Below are positions 1 to 4,933 of a stretch of 33,464 nucleotides of DNA, in pieces. The DNA is taken from the IMG/VR virus record IMGVR_UViG_3300032218_003828, positions 1 to 33,464 of that record. The stretch is one strand, 5' to 3'. The notes under the pieces are model-generated. The model was not told the DNA's origin. It was given only the letters and a program-made list of their open reading frames with translations, and searched no databases. Each line of letters starts with the position of its first letter. The first letter of the stretch is position 1. This DNA comes from a virus. Lineage: Duplodnaviria; Caudoviricetes. The position numbers and the translations under genes were made by a program.

Positions 1-549
1 ATCACCTATCAGTTCCCTGAGGTAGTTGAGCAGCAGATTATCATCGCTCCTCACACTTGCTATTATGCTGAGAATGACCTTCGTGATGCAGTAGCAATGC
101 CTGACCGTGCCATCTGGACTGATACTGAAACGGTCAAGTTTGTGCAACCCAAAGCATACATTGCTCATGGTCAAGAATCGTTTGCTGATGTAGAAGAGGT
201 CTGCAAGTTTGCCCGTCAAATGGCACAAACCGTGACCTTTGCGACTAACAAGGAAGCGGCAAAAATCAAGCAGCAACTGAATGCCTGCATCCGTGAAGGT
301 CGCCCCGTTGCGAATAGCGAATTCGACTGCGATTCGAACCTGCTTGGATTGTGGGCATTGGTGAAATCTATCAAGGCAGATTGTCTCTATCTGTGCCGTA
401 ACAATGGTCCTGCTGCTTACATCGGGCAGGAGAGAATCGATGCCGAAGGTTATGTCATGACAAATGAGTTTGGTATGTTCAAACTGGTCAATCGTGAGGT
501 CTTCAGTTATGCTAACTTCAATGCTGGGCGCTTTCAGTGTGCCAGTTGA
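1..549 (+). CDS. 5'-truncated conserved cyanophage protein; C-terminus resembles ligase-type nucleotidyltransferase motifs IV/V (possibly DUF6267-like)
   Basis: Frame 1 is open from base 1 (ITYQFPEVVEQQIIIAPHTCYY...), so the 97..549 ORF is the tail of a longer gene. It ends ...DAEGYVMTNEFGMFKLVNREVFSYANF. Confidence 0.65.
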   Translation: MTYQFPEVVEQQIIIAPHTCYYAENDLRDAVAMPDRAIWTDTETVKFVQPKAYIAHGQESFADVEEVCKFARQMAQTVTFATNKEAAKIKQQLNACIREGRPVANSEFDCDSNLLGLWALVKSIKADCLYLCRNNGPAAYIGQERIDAEGYVMTNEFGMFKLVNREVFSYANFNAGRFQCAS

Positions 550-597
550 ATAGGTGGCACACACCCCCTTGCAATTGCCCCCGATCTGATCCATACT
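537..597 (+). promoter_or_regulatory. Early-type promoter: palindromic box plus sigma70-like -35/-10
   Basis: Perfect 8-bp inverted repeat GTGTGCCA (537-544) / TGGCACAC (555-562) around GTTGAATAGG, then TTGCAA (569-574), 17-nt spacer and CATACT (592-597), upstream of ATG 623. Confidence 0.75.
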
Positions 598-622
598 ACC
601 TTTGTTGAGACGAATTCCTCCC

Positions 623-940
623 ATGCGTAAGATCGAACGTTTGATGAATGCCGCTATCACTGCTGGCAAAGATTTCAAACTCGCTAACACCGAAGTCGTT
701 TCATGTTCCCACGTTGCTGATGTCTTTTTGCACGGCAATCTGATCGCCCGAATTGGTGAGACATGGATCGAATTGTTCGATGGCGGACATCAAACTGCCA
801 CCACCAAATCCCGTCTGAATGCTATTCTGCGTGAGCACGGAATTGGTGATGAGAGTGTGTTTCAAAAGAACTTTCAATGGTTCTTTCACTCTTCTCAATT
901 CGGCACGATTCCGTTCTTCTCCGGTATGCGCCTGAACTGA
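623..940 (+). CDS. Hypothetical early phage protein (105 aa)
   Basis: In-frame ATG at 623 is preferred to TTG 602, which lies at about the predicted transcription start. Contains LHGNLIA and DGGHQTATTKSRLNAIL, a pattern typical of phage hypothetical proteins. Confidence 0.8.
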   Translation: MRKIERLMNAAITAGKDFKLANTEVVSCSHVADVFLHGNLIARIGETWIELFDGGHQTATTKSRLNAILREHGIGDESVFQKNFQWFFHSSQFGTIPFFSGMRLN

Positions 941-946
941 ATCAAT

Positions 947-974
947 AGTCCTGGGCACGACTCTAAACTACCCA
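947..974 (+). other. Candidate compact H-type RNA pseudoknot in an intergenic region
   Basis: Stem 1 AGTC (947-950) / GACT (959-962). Stem 2 TGGGCA (952-957) / TACCCA (969-974) with one mismatch. 1-nt loop 1; loop 3 is CTAAAC. Confidence 0.45.
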
Positions 975-996
975 ATCAACATCTCACTTCATTTTT

Positions 997-1161
997 ATGC
1001 GTTACAATCCTGCAACTGATCGTGCTCTGAACATTGAAGAAATCGCTGCTCAGTGTAAAGCAGCAATTTTGAAAGCAGATGCCTGCCGCGCCATTGATGC
1101 GGCATATGATGAGATTCTAGAGTTCGCCCGTTGGGAGAATGATCAACTGATTTCTGCCTGA
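997..1161 (+). CDS. Small hypothetical protein (54 aa), absent from the ORF track
   Basis: Manual translation MRYNPATDRALNIEEIAAQCKAAILKADACRAIDAAYDEILEFARWENDQLISA*. Fills the gap between genes and has codon usage like its neighbours. Confidence 0.75.
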   Translation: MRYNPATDRALNIEEIAAQCKAAILKADACRAIDAAYDEILEFARWENDQLISA

Positions 1162-1198
1162 ATTAATCACCTTAACTGTTCTTTCCAAATTCACACAA

Positions 1199-1339
1199 AT
1201 GATCCGCTACGAAGTTCGTTATCAGACCCCGTACAATCAGTGTGAATGGAGGTCGCAATGGTTTAAGACTTTGGATGAGGCAGAACGTATGGTGGCATTC
1301 TATTTGTCCTGCGGTTCTCCTGCTCACATTGCTCCCTGA
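1199..1339 (+). CDS. Small hypothetical protein (46 aa), absent from the ORF track
   Basis: Manual translation MIRYEVRYQTPYNQCEWRSQWFKTLDEAERMVAFYLSCGSPAHIAP*, preceded by a G-poor leader. Confidence 0.75.
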   Translation: MIRYEVRYQTPYNQCEWRSQWFKTLDEAERMVAFYLSCGSPAHIAP

Positions 1340-1376
1340 ACTTTCTCTCTTCGTTAACACTTACTTCGTTTCTAAA

Positions 1377-1514
1377 ATGACTTTCGAACTTGCAATCTCC
1401 CTGCTCCGTCAAGGTAACAATGGAGATCAAATCCTGCAGATTCTTGACTCTATCGCAATCGACAATGAACAGGGAACTGTAACCGATCTGCAGGGCAATC
1501 CTGTTATCTGGTGA
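1377..1514 (+). CDS. Small hypothetical protein (45 aa)
   Basis: In-frame ATG 1377 of the 1242..1514 ORF: MTFELAISLLRQGNNGDQILQILDSIAIDNEQGTVTDLQGNPVIW*. This start avoids overlap with 1199..1339. Confidence 0.7.
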   Translation: MTFELAISLLRQGNNGDQILQILDSIAIDNEQGTVTDLQGNPVIW

Positions 1515-1568
1515 CAGTTGTAGAGGTGTCCACGATTCTCCCCGTGGGCACCTTTTTTGTGCAATACT
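1511..1568 (+). promoter_or_regulatory. Second early-type promoter with a related palindromic box and extended -10
   Basis: GTGACA-GTTGTAGAGG-TGTCCAC (1511-1533) aligns with the box at 539-562. TG-C-AATACT at 1560-1568. Spacer start to -10 distance is 46 nt versus 47 nt in the first copy. Confidence 0.65.
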
Positions 1569-1595
1569 AAAAGAGTCAAATTCTTCTTCGTTATC

Positions 1596-1796
1596 ATGGC
1601 ACTCTACAGCATGGCATCCGATCTTAACACCCGCCAGACCGTGTGGGTGAGCACCAACGTTGCAAAGGGTCGTCTTCAACTTAACTCTCATTCTGATAGT
1701 TCGTTGGGTCGTTCACTCAGTCGTGCGGGCATTGATGGATTCCCTGCTTGGGAACTTGCTGGTCTTCATACTGATTATGTGGGGTGTGGTTTCTGA
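1596..1796 (+). CDS. Small hypothetical protein (66 aa)
   Basis: ATG 1596, in frame with the 1557..1796 ORF and downstream of the predicted promoter: MALYSMASDLNTRQTVWVSTNV...GCGF*. Confidence 0.65.
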   Translation: MALYSMASDLNTRQTVWVSTNVAKGRLQLNSHSDSSLGRSLSRAGIDGFPAWELAGLHTDYVGCGF

Positions 1797-2004
1797 TGCG
1801 TTATGCCCATTCGTTCGTGATTTGGCAGTGCCCCGTCTTTATGGGCGTTCGGGCGGCGCCGCCGTGTTTAAAATGCAACCACTACCCTAAGCTATAAACG
1901 ACCCAAATCGACCTTTAAATATCTCTCTAACTAAAAAAATCCCGGATACTATATAATTTTGAAAAAGGTCGCATATAATACACGATATGAAAAAAAATTC
2001 CGGA
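1797..2004. repeat. Mostly non-coding junction with palindromes and direct repeats at the GC-content transition
   Basis: Perfect palindrome GGCGGCGCCGCC (1852-1863). Inverted repeat CGACCTTT (1909-1916) / AAAGGTCG (1964-1971). Direct repeat AAAAAAATCCCGGA (1933-1946) / AAAAAAATTCCGGA (1991-2004). TATAAT at 1952-1957 and 1974-1979. Confidence 0.6.
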
Positions 2005-2157
2005 GAAATTTTTGAGTCTATACAGGTTGATCCAATTACGGGCAAATATTTTATTTTTCTTTCAGAGCAAGTTATGAATGAACTCGAATGGTATGAAGAT
2101 ACGGAAATTCGAATGATTATGGATGGGGGAGAATTAATTCTTTCAGAAAGAGACTAA
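1987..2157 (+). CDS. AbrB/MazE/SpoVT-like small DNA-binding protein (56 aa), absent from the ORF track
   Basis: MKKNSGEIFESIQVDPITGKYFIFLSEQVMNELEWYEDTEIRMIMDGGELILSERD*. The beta-hairpin, helix, 'LEWYEDTEI', 'DGGELIL' layout fits the swapped-hairpin AbrB fold. Confidence 0.6.
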   Translation: MKKNSGEIFESIQVDPITGKYFIFLSEQVMNELEWYEDTEIRMIMDGGELILSERD

Positions 2158-2186
2158 TTGACAAATGCTACATACTAATGTATGAT
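2158..2186 (+). promoter_or_regulatory. Near-consensus sigma70-type promoter
   Basis: TTGACA (2158-2163), 17-nt spacer, TATGAT (2181-2186), 23 nt upstream of ATG 2210. Confidence 0.85.
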
Positions 2187-2209
2187 AATGAGGTAATCAT
2201 CTGATCTTT

Positions 2210-2965
2210 ATGGCTAAAGGATTTACAGTAAAAGCAAAAGCGCCCATAGCGGCACCACAACAAGAATGGGATTATGATCTAGCAAAAGAGATGGTAAGAG
2301 GCAAGTCAATTGTCTTTTGTCTTCCAGGACGTGGAGTTTCATATACCTATCTTAAGAATTTTGTACAACTCTGCTTTGATTTAGTGCAGGCAGGGGCAAG
2401 TATTCAAATCTCTCAAGATTATTCATCAATGGTAAATTTTGCCAGATGCAAATGTCTAGGAGCAAATGTACTAAGAGGACCAGACCAAGTTCCTTGGGAT
2501 GGAAAACTTCATTATGATTGGCAACTCTGGATTGATTCTGATATTGTTTTCAATACTCAGCAGTTCTGGCAACTTGTTCTTATGGATCAAGATATTGCCG
2601 CTGGTTGGTATTGCACAGAAGATGGTCATACCACATCGGTAGCACACTGGTTGGAAGAGGATGATTTCCGCAATAATGGTGGAGTCATGAATCACGAAAC
2701 GATTGAGAGCATCTCAAAACGTCGTAAACCTTTTACAGTTGACTATACTGGATTTGGTTGGCTTCTGATCAAACATGGTGTATTTGAACATTCGGAAATG
2801 AAGTATCCTTGGTTTGCTCCAAAGATGCAAGTTTTTGAATCCGGAGAAGTTCAAGATATGTGTGGAGAAGATGTATCATTCTGTTTGGATGCAAAAGAAG
2901 CAGGATTCGAAATCTGGTGCGATCCTCGTATCAGAGTTGGTCACGAAAAGACACGAGTAATCTGA
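2210..2965 (+). CDS. GT-A fold (GT2-like) glycosyltransferase, conserved cyanophage protein
   Basis: DxD motif WIDSDIVF, plus TGFGWLLIK, GEDVSFC and RVGHEK, the usual motif order of GT-A/GT2-like proteins. Confidence 0.75.
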   Translation: MAKGFTVKAKAPIAAPQQEWDYDLAKEMVRGKSIVFCLPGRGVSYTYLKNFVQLCFDLVQAGASIQISQDYSSMVNFARCKCLGANVLRGPDQVPWDGKLHYDWQLWIDSDIVFNTQQFWQLVLMDQDIAAGWYCTEDGHTTSVAHWLEEDDFRNNGGVMNHETIESISKRRKPFTVDYTGFGWLLIKHGVFEHSEMKYPWFAPKMQVFESGEVQDMCGEDVSFCLDAKEAGFEIWCDPRIRVGHEKTRVI

Positions 2966-2970
2966 TTTGA

Positions 2971-3132
2971 ATGGCTAACGAATCATACAATATTCTTTGT
3001 AAGGGACGTAAGATCTACTCGAATCTTACAGAGACTGAATACTTTCAGATAATGGAGGATCTGTCGATTGAATATTATCAGACAGGTTCTCCACGTCCCG
3101 AAGATCTTGAAACTGAAATTATCGGAGAATAA
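2971..3132 (+). CDS. Small acidic hypothetical protein (53 aa), absent from the ORF track
   Basis: MANESYNILCKGRKIYSNLTETEYFQIMEDLSIEYYQTGSPRPEDLETEIIGE*, tightly packed between its neighbours. Confidence 0.8.
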   Translation: MANESYNILCKGRKIYSNLTETEYFQIMEDLSIEYYQTGSPRPEDLETEIIGE

Positions 3133-3134
3133 CT

Positions 3135-3287
3135 ATGGCAGTAAAGGCAAAAGGTGGTCTAAGTAAAAGTTCTTATGTTCCGGGTCCTCCTAAAAAGTCT
3201 CGTCAAGGAGACGGAGCGGGAACTAAGTATTCTGCTTCTTCTCGTAATGGAGCACGTAAAAAGTATAGAGGTCAAGGTAAAGGATAA
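3135..3287 (+). CDS. Small basic Gly/Lys/Ser-rich protein (50 aa), absent from the ORF track
   Basis: MAVKAKGGLSKSSYVPGPPKKSRQGDGAGTKYSASSRNGARKKYRGQGKG*. GGAG SD-like sequence upstream; stop overlaps the next start (TAATG). Confidence 0.8.
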   Translation: MAVKAKGGLSKSSYVPGPPKKSRQGDGAGTKYSASSRNGARKKYRGQGKG

Positions 3288-3886
3288 TGTATTTACTAGA
3301 ATGTGATGATGAATGGAATCATATACATTCTGATGACCTCTGGGCATATAATAAATTATTTTTAAGTCGGATTTTAGGTTATATTTGTGGTCCTGCTGGG
3401 ACCACAGTACCTAAATCCGACTTTTATATTGTACGTCCTTCATTTAATTTATTTGGTATGAGCCGTCTTGCTCGTAAAGAATGGATCGAAAAAAGAACCG
3501 ATGATATGCATCCATCAGAATTCTGGTGTGAAATTTTTGAAGGAGAGCATTTAAGTGTTGATTTTCATCATAAGAAACAAAATTTAACCATATTAGGTAC
3601 AAAAGACAAAAAAGATCCTATCTATAAGTGGTCTAAATGGGAAAAAGTAGATCGAAAAGTTGATTTTCCAAATATTTTAAAAAATTTAAAAGGAAATTAT
3701 GAATGGATTAATTGCGAATTTATTGGTGAACATCTTATAGAAGTACAATTTCGTAGAAATCCTAATTTTAGATATGGAAATTCAATTGCAATACCCGTTT
3801 GGAATGAAAAAATAAAAGAAAATTATGAAAATTATCGATTCATAGAAGATCCAAGTTATGAAAGACTTGGTTTTTGGGTTAAATAA
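3287..3886 (+). CDS. Hypothetical protein, divergent ATP-grasp-like fold
   Basis: Motifs in ATP-grasp order: YNKL, YIVRPSFNLFGM, FWCEIFEGEHLSVD, INCEF, LIEVQFRRNP. Confidence 0.55.
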   Translation: MYLLECDDEWNHIHSDDLWAYNKLFLSRILGYICGPAGTTVPKSDFYIVRPSFNLFGMSRLARKEWIEKRTDDMHPSEFWCEIFEGEHLSVDFHHKKQNLTILGTKDKKDPIYKWSKWEKVDRKVDFPNILKNLKGNYEWINCEFIGEHLIEVQFRRNPNFRYGNSIAIPVWNEKIKENYENYRFIEDPSYERLGFWVK

Positions 3887-3889
3887 ATA
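3882..3889 (+). promoter_or_regulatory. T4-type late promoter candidate
   Basis: AATAAATA immediately upstream of the speD-family gene. Confidence 0.5.
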
Positions 3890-3912
3890 AATTTTTAGTG
3901 GTTTTTCATGCC

Positions 3913-4254
3913 TTGAAACGTTTTTCGATGGGTAAACATCTCTTGTTAGAGGTATATGACGTTAAATTTGACCTCTTGAATGATGGAATTTCCATTCAAG
4001 AGGTCATGGAGAATGGCATTAAACGTGCTGGGATGGAAATTCTTAACATTTATCAACATTGTTTCATTCCTCAAGGTCTTACAATTGTTATTGCACTCTC
4101 AGAAAGTCATGTTTCTTGTCATACATGGCCTGAGGAAGGTTGTATTGCAATAGATGTTTATACCTGTGGAGAAGGAAATCCCAAATTAATTGCTTTAGAA
4201 TTATTAAAATATCTGAATTCGGACAATTACAGCATCAGAGAAATAGATCGTTAA
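3913..4254 (+). CDS. speD: S-adenosylmethionine decarboxylase proenzyme family (pyruvoyl-dependent); start is TTG 3913 or ATG 3928
   Basis: GKHLLLEVY, self-cleavage motif LSE|SHVSCHTWPEEG and IDVYTCG are hallmarks of the small prokaryotic AdoMetDC family. Confidence 0.9.
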   Translation: MKRFSMGKHLLLEVYDVKFDLLNDGISIQEVMENGIKRAGMEILNIYQHCFIPQGLTIVIALSESHVSCHTWPEEGCIAIDVYTCGEGNPKLIALELLKYLNSDNYSIREIDR

Positions 4255-4322
4255 ATAGACAATAGGAGATAGCAACCTCCTTCATAAAAGTTCTGTTTTA
4301 TTAATTAAAACAGGAGCTAAAA
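4252..4322 (+). promoter_or_regulatory. Structured 5' leader: TAAATA late-promoter core and two hairpins, the second covering the SD sequence
   Basis: TAAATA 4252-4257. AGGAG (4264-4268) / CTCCT (4277-4281). CTGTTTTA (4293-4300) / TAAAACAG (4306-4313), extendable over the SD AGGAG (4312-4316). Confidence 0.6.
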
Positions 4323-4505
4323 ATGTTATTCGAATCAGAAAATTCTCAAAAAAGAATCATTCAAGAAGTCATGCACGATTATGCACCAAAGCATAATCTC
4401 AAAAAACAAGCAGAACTGCATGAAAAAATTCGTAATGATGAAGATTATAATGATTGGGATTATGGAACAGAACCAAGTTATGGTTCTTTATGGAATAAGG
4501 CATAA
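4323..4505 (+). CDS. Small hypothetical protein (60 aa)
   Basis: ORF track; AGGAG SD 6 nt before the ATG; acidic/aromatic C-terminal half (DEDYNDWDYGTEP). Confidence 0.75.
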   Translation: MLFESENSQKRIIQEVMHDYAPKHNLKKQAELHEKIRNDEDYNDWDYGTEPSYGSLWNKA

Positions 4506-4508
4506 ATA
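4501..4508 (+). promoter_or_regulatory. T4-type late promoter
   Basis: CATAAATA ending 22 nt upstream of the gp25 ATG. Confidence 0.7.
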
Positions 4509-4530
4509 AATACAGAAAATTTTTATTCGA

Positions 4531-4932
4531 ATGGCAATACAAAGGATATCTAGGTCATTCAAAGATATTAGTTTATCCTTTGTACCTCATCCTGTGACAA
4601 AGGATCTGCAAATATTGAAAAATGAGCGTGCAATTACAAGAGCAATTCGTAATTTAGTTGAAACTATTCCTAATGAAAGGTTTTTTAACTCAACAATTGG
4701 ATCAAATGTGCGATCTAGTTTATTTGATTTTGTTGATTTTGGTACTGCATCAGTAATTCAAAGTCAAATTGAAGTTGCAATTAGTAATTATGAACCAAGA
4801 GTTGATAATGTAAAGGTTGAGGTATCGCCATCTCCAGATACAAATGAGTTTGAAGTTACCGTCATATTTGATATTATCGGACAAGAATTTCCAACTCAAC
4901 AATTCACATTCTTACTAGAGGCAACAAGATAA
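4531..4932 (+). CDS. gp25: Baseplate wedge subunit gp25
   Basis: FKDISLSF..HPVTKD, ERFFNSTIGS, I.NYEPRV motifs; lies just before gp6. Confidence 0.93.
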   Translation: MAIQRISRSFKDISLSFVPHPVTKDLQILKNERAITRAIRNLVETIPNERFFNSTIGSNVRSSLFDFVDFGTASVIQSQIEVAISNYEPRVDNVKVEVSPSPDTNEFEVTVIFDIIGQEFPTQQFTFLLEATR

Positions 4933-4933
4933 A

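Noticed and set aside
1242-1376. N-terminal extension of ORF 1242..1514 that looks like a signal peptide
   Set aside because: It overlaps the better-supported 1199..1339 gene and a pyrimidine-rich leader; ATG 1377 is the more plausible start.
1540-1558. Possible terminator CCC-GT-GGG followed by a T run
   Set aside because: The stem is too short and separated from the T tract; the region is better explained as promoter spacer.
1660-1890. ORF 1660..1890 with hydrophobic stretches
   Set aside because: It overlaps 1596..1796 out of frame and runs into the palindromic junction; no independent support.
4264-4323. SAM riboswitch call (AGCAACC and GCTAAAAA words near speD)
   Set aside because: The remaining SAM-I and SAM-II core elements and pairings are not visible, and the element is downstream of speD. 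Kept only as an unassigned structured leader.
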